The notes under the pieces: generated by a model
Databases searched by the model: none
What the model was told of the DNA's origin: nothing
What the model saw: only the letters and a program-made list of their open reading frames with translations
Part shown: positions 1-12,971 of the stretch, in pieces
Layout of the letters: each line of letters starts with the position of its first letter
How positions within the stretch are numbered: the first letter of the stretch is position 1
NCBI GenBank assembly: GCA_035221665.1
Contig: CM069159.1
Coordinates: 19,716,001 to 19,780,000 of the forward strand
Length of the DNA stretch: 64,000 nucleotides
Reading direction: 5' to 3'
Source: Okamejei kenojei
Lineage: Eukaryota
Position numbers and translations under genes: made by a program

Positions 1-779
1 TGTGCAATGTTTTGTATCTCTGCTGATGTCCAATATTTTTATCTTTTGTATTTACAATCAGGAAAAAAAGATGTTTGCATTCACGGCTATGTTTCATATA
101 TTTAAATAAAAATTGATTTGCGGACTTTCGGTGGAATATGAGAGCTTGACTGCGCCATTTTGCTCCGCTGTCAAATGCGCAAAAACACTCGAAAAAACAA
201 AACAGACAGAAGAAAACGCTTACCGGTAGATGCCGCTGTCGCGTAAGTGACAGAAAATTGATCCCAACTCCGTATTTTAAATGAGTAGACGACACCAGCT
301 CTCTTACAAGAGGAACTACCTTGAGGGAAGGTTTTTTTTGTGACTATTTGAAAGAACAAGACAAACACTAATGGCCCTGTCTCACTGTGCGAGTTGAACA
401 CACACACACACACACACACGAGGTACCTAGTAGACTGAGTGAAGACTCGTGGCTGTGCACGAGAACTGCAATATGATCTAAGTGCGTAATACCCAGCGGT
501 ATGTTCATTGCTGCGATGTTCCTAGTTCCTCTCCTGGAGTTAGAAATTTCCTCTCCGTTACTCTTGAGCCAACCGTGAATGAAGGTATGGTTTTATTAAA
601 AAGGCAACAAATGTTAAAATTACATCTCCATCCTGTGTTTTTGAGTTATTTCAGAGCGGCGGCATCTATTGATATGACCTACAATGGGAAAATGCGCACC
701 TCCAGTAAACCAAGCTGTGTTTTATGTTTTTTAATACTTTTTTGCAATGGATCTCTATTTTAAATAATTTTTAAAAAGG

Positions 780-1341
780 AAGCAGCCCGGGTGACCTGAC
801 ATTGAGCGGCCGCCGGGANNNNNNNNNNNNNNNNNNNNNNNNNNNNNNNNNNNNNNNNNNNNNNNNNNNNNNNNNNNNNNNNNNNNNNNNNNNNNNNNNN
901 NNNNNNNNNNNNNNNNNNNNNNNNNNNNNNNNNNNNNNNNNNNNNNNNNNNNNNNNNNNNNCTTCAGAGGAATGAAGCAGCTCGGGTGACTTTGAGCGGC
1001 CACCGGGACCCGACAGCACACACACACACAGATACACACAGATAGACAGAGAGGGGAGAGAGAGAGACACACACACACACATAGAGAGAGAATACACACA
1101 GACAGCAGCTGGCCACCACTTCAGAGGAATGAAGCAGCTCGGGTGACTGAGCGGCCACCGGAACCGACAGCAGACACACACAAGATACACACAGATAGAC
1201 AGAGAGGGAGAGAGAGAGACACACACACACACACACATAGAGAAGAGAGATACACACAGACAGCAGCTGGCCACCACTTCAGAGGAATGAAGCAGCTCGG
1301 GGTGACTGAGCGGCCGCCGACCCGACAGTACACACACACAC

Positions 1342-1386
<45 letters not shown>

Positions 1387-1430
1387 CACACACACAGATA
1401 CACACAGATAGACAGAGAGGGAGAGAGAGA

Positions 1431-1499
<69 letters not shown>

Positions 1500-1640
1500 T
1501 ACACACAGACAGCAGCTGGCCACCACTTCAGAGGAATGAAGCAGCTCGGGGGTGACCTTGAGCGGCCACCGGAAACATCAGACACACACACAGATACACA
1601 CAGATAGACATAGAGGGAGAGGAGGACACACACACACACT
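780..1640. repeat. Compound minisatellite: ~75-bp core separated by (CA)n/(GA)n tracts
   Basis: Core CAGCAGCTGGCCACCACTTCAGAGGAATGAAGCAGCTCGGGGTGAC..GAGCGGCC at ~1100, ~1260, ~1510, partial at 962 and 780. Confidence 0.9.
819..961. other. Assembly gap (143 N)
   Basis: Run of n. Confidence 1.
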
Positions 1641-1805
1641 CAGCGGACCAGGCAGCATCTCTAGGAATAGAGTCGAGACCCTTATTCAGACTTACCCGAA
1701 ATGCCCACCCATTCCTTCGCTCCATAGATGCTGCCTGTCCCGTCAGTTACTCCAGCATTGTGTGTGTCTATCTCCGTGGTGTGTGAACCAGCTCTGCAGT
1801 TCCTT
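1639..1805. repeat. Palindromic Penelope-pLTR-derived short repeat
   Basis: CTCAGCGG..CAGGCAGCATCTCT arm and its complement AGATGCTGCCTGTCCCG..AGTTACTCCAGCA. Confidence 0.75.
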
Positions 1806-2002
1806 CCAATCCCACACTCTCGTCCCCGGGGGGGTGGATGGAGCATCCACAACGTGGACACACCCACCACCACCCCAGACTTGCCTTTTTTTTTGCCCCT
1901 TCGGCAGGTCTTTTAACCGTGTCCTAAGCCGTTCATTGAGACAGAGTAGAAGCCATGGGGCAGGCGCCTCAGTAATAAAGGACAAGTGGCAGAAAGGCCG
2001 AA

Positions 2003-2166
2003 GATAGACACAAAATGTGCGGAGTAACTCGGCGGGACAGGCTGCATCTCTGGAGGCGAAGGAATGGGCGGCATTTCGGGTAAGTCTGAAGAAGGGTCTC
2101 GACTCTATTCCTTCTCTCCAGAGATGCTGCCTCCGCTGATTACTCCAGCATTTTGTGTCTATCTTT
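2003..2166. repeat. Palindromic Penelope-pLTR-derived short repeat
   Basis: GATAGACACAAAATG...CATTTTGTGTCTATC self-complementary arms with central CTGAAGAAGGGTCTCGAC. Confidence 0.8.
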
Positions 2167-2498
2167 GTTCAGTCTTTACTCGAGGGGGCGAAAGAACAGA
2201 TTATTAAAGTTCCCACGGTAGACTCACGAGACACTAAAGATAAACGCACGGGGCCACTACGTTATTACAACGAGTTTAAATGTTTCCATTTTTAACTTGA
2301 ACAGTTAATTTGACTCGTGGAAAAAATCAAACATGTTTGATTTTTTTCACGAGTTAACAAGTTTCCCGAGTACCTGCCGTTAGCGCCACGAGTCGATAAG
2401 TTGCTCGTGCGAGTTCCGACGTTCCCGCTACGTGATCACCACGAGTGAAAACTCGGGGTCACTCGTGGGCCAACTCGCACAGTGAGACAGGGGTTTAA

Positions 2499-3367
2499 GT
2501 CAAGCTCTGGTGCAAGATATTAAAGAGCTATTGGCTGGACAGCTTGAAAAGCTGGACACTAAACTGGGTGAGCAACTTACTGCTGTAAACTTAAATATTG
2601 TGACTGGAAGAACAGAAATATGTGAGAAAATTGATATGGTACAAGTTCGCATAGAGGAGGTGAATTCCTCCCTGAAGGGAGAAATTAAAAGGGCTGAAAC
2701 GGACATCAGCAACAAGTTAGAACCCATCATTCTCACTTCAAAAAATCACAGTGATGCCATCAGAGAACTGGAATCTGCAACTACAGACATCATCCAGACA
2801 GCACAAAGACTGAAGACGGAACTGGAGCGTGTTTCTGGGCAATTGGCCAAAACGACCGAAAAATGTCTAGATCTTGAATGTCTAGATTCTAAACGTGAAA
2901 ATCTAAGGATTGTCGGGTTGAAGAAAAGAAAAAAAGATGGCAAAGATACTCGTGACTTTGCTGCCGATTTACTTCAAGAGGTACTTAATCTGGATGAGGG
3001 ACCAAAACTCGACCGGGCACATAGAGCTCTGAGAACCCGACCAGGACCTGGAACTCCACCAAGACTGCTTATCTTGAAGCTACATCATGCCTCAGTTCTT
3101 GAAGACATCATGATGAAAGTGGCAAACAAAAGAAATCTGATTTTTGAAGGAGACAATATACGAATCTTCAGAGACTATCCAGCCGGTCATTAAGAAAAGA
3201 GCACTCTTCACCAAGTCGAGAGTCATCTTAAGAGATATACAAGATCTCAAATATGGCCTAATGTATCTAGCCAAACTCAGGGTCACATACACAGAATCTG
3301 AACGCTTCTTCACTACCCTGAGGAAGCACTTAAGTTTGCGCAAGACATTGCAAAGGATAAGTAGGAT
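2499..3367 (+). pseudogene. L1 ORF1 (coiled coil + RRM + CTD) remnant
   Basis: ORF 2510-3193 has heptad-rich N-part, RENLRIVGL, LDRAHRAL..PPRLLILKLH, IRIFRDYP. Frameshifted continuation KRALF..KYGLMYLAKLRVTY in ORF 3144-3389. Confidence 0.9.
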
Positions 3368-3369
3368 AA

Positions 3370-3687
3370 ATAGAAACATAGAAACATAGAAATTAGGTGC
3401 AGGAGTAGGCCATTCAGCCCTTCGAGCCTGCACCGCCATTCAATATGATCATGGCTGATCATCCAACTCAGTATCCCGTACCTGCCTTCTCTCCATACCC
3501 TCTGATCCCCTTAGCCACAAGGGCCACATCCAACTCACGCTTAAATATAGCCAATGAACTGGCCTCAACTACCCTCTGTGGCAGAGAGTTCCAGAGACTC
3601 ACCACTCTCTGTGTGAAAAAAGTCTTTCTCATCTCGGTCTTAAAGGATTTCCCCCTTATTCTTAAGCTGTGACCCCTTGTCCTGGAC
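3370..3687 (-). mobile_element. CR1 LINE 3' fragment
   Basis: TRGHSLRI..FFTQRVVSLWNSLP..FKRELD motif; (TTCTATGT)n tail on minus strand. Confidence 0.9.
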
Positions 3688-4106
3688 AAATAACATTTTG
3701 CATAGCCTGTCACGAACGTACATTGAGCTGACTTTACGAGGCCACTTAGGAGGGCTATGTTTTATTTACCTTGAAGTTCTACTGTGTGTATAAGTCACTC
3801 CTTCTGTATTCATTTATAGAGAGGTTATAAAAGCTATAAGCGTTTACAAAGGGCTTATAATTTTCTTACTGTATGCATTTGCACTGGGTTTAAAATTAAA
3901 ATGTTCATATAAGATAGCCGATATTATAGAAATAAGGGCTGTTAAGTCTGGGCGAAGATTAGAGATAGAAATGGAATGCATGTGAAAATCTGGTGAGGAG
4001 CAGTGAGGTTGTGGATGAGGGATGGAGAGAGAGAGATTACTCTCTCCCTGTATAATGTGTCAACAATCTGAAATTTTTAACAGCTTATCTAACATATTAA
4101 CATACT

Positions 4107-4633
4107 AATCATAGAATCATAGAAAATATGTGCAGGAGTAGGCCATTCGGCCCTTCCAGCCTCCACCGCCATTAAATATGATCATGGCTGATCATCCAAC
4201 TCAGTATCCTGGACCTGCTTTCTCTCCATAACCCCTGATCCCTTTAGCCACAAGGGGCTCATCTAACTCCCTCTTAAATATAGCCAATGAATTGGCCTCA
4301 ACTACCTTTTGTCGCAGAGAATTCCACAGACTCACCACTCTCTGTGTGAAAAATGATCTTCTCATCTTGGTTCTAAAAGACTTCCCCCTTATTCTTAAAC
4401 TGTGACCCCTTGTTCTGGAGTTCCCCAGCATCGGAAACAATCTTCCTGCATCTAGCCTGTCCAACCCCTTAAGAATTTTGTAAGTCTCTATAAGAACCCC
4501 CCCTCAATCTCCTAAATTCAAGTGAGTACAAGCCGAGTCTATCCAGTCTTTCTTCATATGGAAGTCCTGCCATCCCAGGAATCAGTCTGGTGAATCTTCT
4601 CTGTACTCCCTCTATGGCAAGAATGTATTTCCT
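4107..4633 (-). mobile_element. CR1 LINE 3' fragment
   Basis: IEGVQRRFTRLIPG..YEERLDRLGLYSLEFRRLRG and RTRGHSL..RVVSLWNSL; TTCTATGA repeat tail. Confidence 0.9.
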
Positions 4634-5848
4634 AACGGAAAAAAACTCAAGCATTAAGTCGTGTATTTTAATTTAACATTTAATATTTAACTATGAGAGT
4701 CACCAAATTTATGTTACGTTCCTATAGTCTGCTCATATTTAGAAGGCGGTTACAAATCGCCCGATAAAAAGATGCTTAGACCTCCTGACAGTCTGCATGA
4801 CAGAGCGAGAGGGAATACGGTAGAGAAAATGGGGAGTAGGGTTAACGTAGTAGAGAATTAGGGGTAGAGGATGGAAGAGTGAGCCGGGGAGAGTTATAGA
4901 GTGTCATCGAAAGGGAGAATTAGTGAGAATTAGTTAGGAAGTTACGGAAAGTTAAGGGAGTCAAGTAGTGATGCGAGAAGGTGGGAGGCCCAGGGAGACG
5001 GCAGAGGTTAATAGAGAGAGAGGAGTCGAGTAAGTGTTGATAGGTACTGAGTAAGTTGCGGCAAGATGTGCAGAAGTTTAGAGATTGTATTAGAACGAGT
5101 GGGGAAGCTGTCGAGGAGTTGAAGGGCGTTTGAGAGGGGAGGAGAGAGAGTTCTCGCTCTGTCTACGGTACTGCGGGTGGTAGTAACAAATAGCTTTAAG
5201 TCTACCGATTTTAAATCGGCTATTTATTTGACATCTCAATTTCAGTAAGCTAGTTAATAAGTTCTATATATTAATCTAATTACTAAATATTCATCTAGTA
5301 TTCACTGTATAAAATTATACTTAATTTTTTGGAAATCTGGCACCCCAGATGAAATTATATACTGACCTTCCTCTTTTTTTTGCTATATTCTGTTCTGTTC
5401 AGTCCATTTTTAAAATAATTCTGTAAGGAGCGGAGCTAAATGAAATAAACATCTACGGACGCTTACAAGAATCATTCCACCATGGGGTGGGATACAGCCA
5501 CAGCATGCATATATGCTGCGATTTTTGACTTTTTTTCCATTTTTTAGCTTGTCTATTACACTCTTTATCTATCTTTTTTTAGGCACTTTTTCCTGGAAGA
5601 TACCTGCAGGGGCTTGGAATTGGGCTCACCCACCCAGCAACTAAAAGTCTTATTTTAAATATTGTGTTACTCCATTTGAAACAAGGGAAACCATGTAAGC
5701 TTTAATGTAAGACAATCCTTCCAGAAAAACTGGAGGAATCACCTTTTGTAGTTGGAATGTTAGGGGCGTTAATGAGCCAATTAAAAGGGATAAGGTCTTT
5801 GCCCATTTAAAATCTAGTAATACTGATATCATATTTTTACAGGAGACG

Positions 5849-7054
5849 ATCAGTATTAGATAAAGGTTTTGCACAATGGAAATATTATGGAATTAAAAAG
5901 ATGGGACATCTTTATAGAAAAGGTGTGTTCCTCTCATTTCAGGAGGTACAACAGAATTATGGATTACATTCAAATATTTTTTTAGATATTTACAACAGAA
6001 AGATTACGTTAAATCACATACACAAAAATATAAAAATATAGCCAGAGATTCTAGATGAATGTTTGAATAAACACCCCAACACAGTCAAATTAATATCTTA
6101 CATTTTTAATATTCTTTTAGATAGTGAGAATCCGTCGACGGAATTACATAGACAAGCATGGGAAAATGAATTAGTTCAACCCATAATGAAAGATATTTGG
6201 GATGAAAGACTACAACATATACATCAATGTTCGTTAAACGCCAGACATTCTTTAATACAATTTAAAATATTACATAGATTGCATTATTCTAAAACAAAAT
6301 TAAATAGATTTTTTCCTAATATTTCTCCTATCTGCAATAAATGTCAATATTCTGAGGCTAATTTAACCCATACCTTTGTAAGTTGCATAAAAATTAAAAT
6401 ATTTTGGGTGGATATTTTTTAAATATTTCCGTAGTGGTTAATACTCAACTGGAGACCGATCCTAAATTAATAATATTGGGCATATCTGAACAATACCTAA
6501 AACTTACAATAAACCAAAGAAATTTCCTTGATTATAGTATAATAACTGGGAAAAAATTAATATTAAAATTTTGGAAAAACCCTGCATCTCCCACAATCAA
6601 AATGTGGATTATGGAGATGTCGGAGACCTTAAATCTGGAAAAATATATATTTGTCTTAATTGACAAACTAGAATTATTTACTAGAATATGGTCTCCGTTC
6701 ATAGATTATTTGAAGGGGTAGAATGGATCGGCGCTGGTACCTGACGGAAGCTTGAACCCAGGACTAGATGAATAGTTATGCTTTCTTACCAACGGACCTA
6801 TCTCCTAAGTTGTATTATGGATTGTTTATTCTATTTTTCTAATTTTCTTTTCTTTTTCTTTATTTTTTCTATCTATTCAAAAAAAATAATAATTAGAGTC
6901 AATGCTAATATGTAACCAATAAATGAAGACACCAGCTACATTGGTAGCGGAGTTCCTGGAATCCTGGATATTTAATATGTAACCGTTTAACAAAGTTTGT
7001 AGTGGTTCGGACTATGATATGTACATGCCTCTAATAAAATTTAACTTTAAAAAA
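5849..7054 (+). mobile_element. 5'-truncated L1 nested in host L1 endonuclease
   Basis: ORF2 C-terminal region (QFKILHRLHYS, C-x2-C..H..C knuckle), 3' UTR, AATAAA and poly(A). 40-bp duplication at 5809-5848 and 7055-7094. Confidence 0.85.
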
Positions 7055-8671
7055 AAAATCTAGTAATGTTGATATCATATTTTTACAGGAGATGCATCTT
7101 AAGGATGGAGCTCATAACAGGCTGAAGGCTAACTGGATTGGTCAATTATATAATTCTACTTTCCTCTCTAAAGCTAGAGGTACTGCAATCATAATTCATA
7201 AAGGCACAACATTCAAACACAAAGCCACTATAGCCGATAAGGAGGGTAGGTACATTATAGTATTTGGGGAGTTATATTCAACCCCACTTATTATGGTGAA
7301 TATCTATGCCCCTAATTTTGACAACCCACAATTTTGTAATAAAATAATTAACATAATCTCAGACTCCACCCAGCAAAATCTGATAATTGGAGGAGACATC
7401 AATTGTGTACTGGACCCATATCTGGATACATCTTCACAGCAAAGGAGATATAATACAAAATCAAAATCCTGTGAACTTCTAAACACTTACATAACAAAAT
7501 ACAAACATAACCGACCTATCGAGGATTGCTAATACATCCGGAAAAGAATATTCTTTTTATTCAGCCATTCACAAAACGTATACATGTATTGATTATTTTC
7601 TGGTGGACACAAAATTGATCCCTTTTACAATTAATCCCAAATATCATAATATTATTATTTCAGATCATTGTCCATTAACATTCTCCTTAAAATTAGAAGG
7701 AATGCACAACAATAAAACGTTCTGGAGATTTAATCCACAAATATTAACTGACCCAGGTTGCTGAGAGTATCTGAAGCAACAGATGGAACTATTTTATGAG
7801 ACAAATGACACACCTGGTATTTCAGCCTCTTTATTATGGGAATCTTTTAAGGCTTTTTTCAGAGGTTCTGTTATCTCATACCAAGCTTATCAAAATTTAA
7901 AAAACAGGTTGGAACAATTGGAATTAGAAGAACAGATTATACAGCTTGATATAGAAAATGCTACTGATCCATCTACTGTCAAACACAATAAGATAGCAGT
8001 ATTAAAATTCAAGTTAAATCAAGTTATTTCTACAAGAGTTATTAAGTTATTTCAACATACTATGCAAAAAAACTTTGAATTTGGTGATAAACCGCATAAA
8101 CCTCTGGCACGTCAGCTGAGACAAATGAAAAAAGATCACACCATCCAAAAAATTAGATCAGTAAAAGGTGAGCTGCTTACACTCCCTAAAGATATCAATG
8201 ATAGATTTTTAGAATTCTATCAAAATTTATACACATCTAAAACTTCAGTAGAAACCATACAGATTAAAAACTTCCTTGACAATTGCAACCTTCGTCACTC
8301 AATGCGGTGGAACGAGAAGAATTAGGAGCGCAGATTACAGTAAAAGATATTGACTAGACTATTAAATCACTGAATAATGGAAAAATGCCAGGCCCAGATG
8401 GGTTCAGTAATGAAATATATAAAGCATTTCATGAATTAATTTCCCCTCGTTTATGAGCCCTTTATATACACACATTTAAAGAACAGACGTTACCACAAAC
8501 TTTAGCCGAATCAACTATTACATTGATACCCAAAAAAGACAAAGATCTTGAAGAGCCAGGACCATAGAGAGCAATAGCTCTTTTAAATACAGACCAAAAA
8601 ATATTAGCTAAAACCCTGGCAAGAAGACTAAGTAAGTACCAGTAATATAATACACTCTGTAATATAATACA

Positions 8672-9043
8672 CTCTTAAGGGGTTGGACAGGCTAGATGCA
8701 GGAAGATTGTTCCCGATGTTGGGGAAGTCCAGGACAAGGGGTCACAGCTTAAGGATAAGGGGGAAATCCTTTAAGACCGAGATGAGAAAGACTTTTTTCA
8801 CACAGAGAGTGGTGAGTCTCTGGAACTCTCTGCCACAGAGGGTAGTTGAGGCCAGTTCATTGGCTATATTTAAGAGTGAGTTGGATGTGGCCCTTGTGGC
8901 TAGGGGGATCAGAGGGTATGGAGAGAAGGCAGGTACGGGATACTGAGTTGGATGATCAGCCATGATCATATTGAATGGCGGTGCAGGCTCGAAAGGCTGA
9001 ATGGCCTACTCCTGCACCTAATTTCTATGTTTCTATGTTTCTA
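8672..9043 (+). mobile_element. CR1 LINE 3' fragment nested in host L1 RT
   Basis: ORF 8683-8946 CR1 C-terminus; (TTCTATGT)n tail; L1 RT resumes at DQTGFIP. Confidence 0.9.
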
Positions 9044-10424
9044 TGATCAAACTGGGTTTATACCTAAGAGACATTCGTTCAATAACTTGAGACGCTTGTT
9101 TACTATAATGCACTCACACAGAACGATAAATGAAGACATCAATTATTTCTTTAGACACAGAAAAGGCATTTGACCAAGTAGGATGGGAATATCTCTTCAC
9201 AGTATTGCAAAAATTCCAACTAGGAGGAAATCCTTATGAATTAAAAAAAATTCTCTCTTTTTTATTACTCTTAATCCATAAAAAACAAAAAACTAAATTA
9301 TGTGACCTAAAGTGAAATTATGCTGATAAAACCTCAAGACCTTCATATCTCCTAAAATGTCCCTTTAGAATTGCTACTGAAAAATTTAAATACCTTGGAG
9401 TGACTAGAAAATATCCCTCTTTATTTCAAGCAAATTTTCCACCATTAATCACCAAATTAAATGTCCTTATTCAATTTTGGAAACCTGATTTCCCTTATAG
9501 GTATAGTAAATGCCATAAAGATGATTTTCCTTCCACAACTCCTGTACCTATTTCAATCAATACCGATTTACCTCCCTAAAAACTTAAAAAAAAACACGAC
9601 TCTGTGATTACAAACTTTATCTGGGATTATAAAACTCGTAGAATTCATAAACAACATCTATGCAAACCTAAATAAATCGGTGGATTGGCTCTCCTTAGTT
9701 TTCTTCTCTATTATTGAGCAAAATTTTAATTTACTGGATGGACGATACATGCCAACATGTATAACTGACGCAAATGGAGAGGGAAGATAGTTTGCCTTTC
9801 AATATAGGCACGATTCTTCTCTCTCCAATACAACTGAAGAAATCAATATATGAGAAAAATCTGATATTCCATAGCACCTTACGAATTTGGAAACAGTTGG
9901 AAGTTGGAAATCAACCCTTAAAATGAGAAAGTCCTCTCTCTTCTTACCAATCGCCAATAATCCCTTGTTTAAACCGTCTACGTTAGACAAAGCATTTGCA
10001 CAATGGGAAAGCCTAGGAATTAAAAAGTTGGGAGATCTTTATGAGAAGGGGAACTTCCTCTCGTTTCAAGATTTACAGGTGAAATATCATTTGAAAGGTA
10101 GTCATTTCTTTAGATATCTTCAAATACGAGACTATGTGAAAATACACACGCAAGATTGTCACTCTATGGGCCCAGATATATTAGATGAATGCATGAACAG
10201 AAAGGCAGATACAAATAACTTAATATCCTATTTCTACAATACCCTTTTATATCTACATATCCCATCGTCGGAAATAATTAGGCGAGCCTGGGAAGACGAA
10301 TTGGGGTTAACAATTTCAAAGGATAGTTGGGAGGAAAGTATTTTATATATACTTTACTGTTCCCTTAATGTTAGGCATTCCCTAATACAATTTAAAATAC
10401 TGCATAGACTATTATTCAAAGTCT

Positions 10425-12971
10425 GATCTCTCCACGTTTACATACAATATGCCTGTGAACAAGGAAAGTTACCAGAATCTAATGAGTCTACAATCACACT
10501 TATCCCTAAAGCTGATAAAGATTTGGAAGACCCTGGATCATACAGAGCAATAGCTCTTTTAAATACTGATCAAAAAACACTAACTAAAATGTTATCTCGA
10601 AGGCTAAGTTTAGTGATTAATAAATTAATACATCATGACCAAACAGGTTTTATTCCAAAACACTATGCATCCTATAATCTGAGACGTCTATTCAATGTCA
10701 TGTACTCAAAAAGAGTGAATGATATTGAACTAGCTGTCATATCCTTAGATGCTGAAAAAGCATTTGATCAGGTTGCATGGCCATATTTTTTTTAAATAAT
10801 GCAGAAATTTCAACTGGGGGATAGATTTTCCAAATGGGTAAAAATCATATACTCAAATCCAACTGCAAGAATATTAACAAGATCAAATACTATCAGCAAA
10901 ATTTAATCTCTTTAGGGGTTTGTAGACAAGGATGCCGTTATCACCATTACTATTTGCTCTGGTAATAGAACCATTTAGCTGAAATGATTTAGATCAGAAC
11001 CAAAATATATGGATATAATACAAAAACTACAACGAATAAAAATATCTCTATACGCAGATGACATCTTAATTTATATTACAAAACCGGAGAGATTAGTATT
11101 CCCAATCTATTTAAATGTTATAAAACTAAATTTAGTACATTTTCTGGGTATAGAAATTTAATTGGAATAAAAGTGAAATTTATGCCTATAACTGGAATAA
11201 AATTAAATATATTAGAATACAACTTTCCCACTTAAATAGTCACGGGACAAACTCAAATATCTAGGAATTAATGTACCTAAAATCGTATAACTGTTCTATT
11301 TAAATATAATTACCCCAATTATTAAATAACTAAAAAAATATATATTTATATTGGAAAAACACTACCTATATCAATGAATCGGTAGAATAAATGCTATAAA
11401 AATGATTTTTTACCACAGTTGTTATATTTATTTCAAGCCATCCCTTTATATCTCCCTAAAATGTTTTTTTTTTAAATAGATATTTTGGTTAATAGTTTTA
11501 TTTGGGACTATATAAACCATCGAATAAGTAAAAAACATCTATGTAAATCTAAAATAAATGGTGGACTAGCACTACCAAATTTCTTATATTATTTCTGGGC
11601 AGTTCAGATTAAGAATATGAATTTTTGGTTGGTAAATTTAGATCATGAACCAATTAATATTTTTATTAGAAGTAATCCATCTAAAGATGGAAAATGAAGA
11701 CTGTTTGCCTTTTGATGTAGGTTCGATTCTTTTAGCACCAAGGGAAGTACAAAAAAAATGTATGGGGACAACCCTATAATTCATAGCAATAGACGTATTT
11801 GGAAACAAATAGTTAAGACCCTACATATGGATATGCAAGACTATAAAAATAGAAAACCAGGATTATTCGATGAATTGTTTAATAAACACCCAAATACAGA
11901 AAAATTAATAGCGTATATATATAATACTATTTTGGATATGGAAATCCCAACTTCGGAAATATATCGACAAACATGGGAAAATGAAATAGGTTTATCTATA
12001 ACGAAGGAAACTTGGGAAGAAAGCCTACAATGTATACATCGCTGCTCATTAAATGCTAGACATATATTGATACAATTTAAGGTATTACACAGATTACATT
12101 ATTCAAAAACGAAATTAAATAGAATTTATTCTAACATTTCTCCTATTTGTGATGTGTCAGAACTTGGAAGCTAATTTAACGCATAGTTTTGTAACATGTA
12201 TAAAATTTAATTATTATTGGACAGAAATCTTTAGAGTTATCTCTGAAGTTCTTAAAATTAAACTGGCCCAGATCCAAAATTAATAATATTAGGAGTTCCG
12301 GATTCAAATCTAATATTAACAGTAAACCAAATAAATTTCTTGGATTACTGTTTGATAATAGGGAAAAAATTAATATTGAAATTTTGGAAGGGAACATTAT
12401 CCCCCACAATTAAAATGTGGACAGTGGAAATGTTGGAGACGGTGCATTTGGAAAGAATCAGATTTTTCCTAATGGACAAATACGAACTCTTTAAACAGAT
12501 ATGGTCTCCATATACAGAATATTTGAAGGGGTAGCTGTTCTTGGCATCACAACTCAATGGGTACCCGGCAGGATCAGATGAAAAATAACTTTCTGTTTGT
12601 CTTTTTGATTTGTATACATGTCTCTAGGGGGGGATTGATATTGCTATTTGAAATTGTGTTATTCACTATTTAAGATGTATACTATAATCTCTCTTTTTTT
12701 AATATATATATATAATACTCTGTTCTAATTATATACATATAATAAGAATATATACATTTTTTTTTCTTCTCTCTCTCTTCTCTTTCTATATAATCAAAAT
12801 TATTATTTAATCACTATTCTTATTGATTAAAATCTATTCTTTTCTTTTTCTACTTTCTAAAAAAATAGAAGTTTATAAGAATTACTTGTAACATTCGTAT
12901 ACTTATTGAAATAAGTTGGTTGTGTATTTGAAAAGTTGTTATACCGTTGTTATGATGGATTACTTCTAATA
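10425..12971 (+). mobile_element. 5'-truncated L1 nested in host L1 C-terminal region
   Basis: Starts in RT (DPGSYRAIALLNTD, DQTGFIP, SLDAEKAFD, YADD) and runs to 3' UTR and AATAAA. Duplication core ACTATT[A/T]TTCAAAGTCT at 10408-10424 and 12985-13001; host ORF2 resumes (SKSKLNKIFPNVSPICDKC). Confidence 0.8.

Larger units (their letters stand above)
372..2495. mobile_element. PIF/Harbinger-like non-autonomous composite element
   Basis: Perfect 22-bp inverted repeat CCCTGTCTCACTGTGCGAGTTG (375-396 vs 2471-2492). TAA on both flanks (369-371, 2496-2498). Interrupts the L1 ORF1 region. Spans an assembly gap, so continuity is not proven. Confidence 0.7.
5718..10424 (+). pseudogene. Host L1 ORF2 (APE endonuclease + RT), disrupted
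   Basis: FCSWNVRG..IIFLQE at ~5740-5848 resumes at 7095 (EGRYIIV, VNIYAPN, IIGGDINC). RT motifs [27 protein letters not shown]. Confidence 0.85.

Noticed and set aside
962-1580. Repeat-spacer pattern resembling a CRISPR array
   Set aside because: Spacers are related microsatellites, the repeat is ~75 bp, the context is eukaryotic and there are no cas genes
755-1639. ORFs rich in CV/HT dipeptides
   Set aside because: Translations of (CA)n/(GA)n microsatellites
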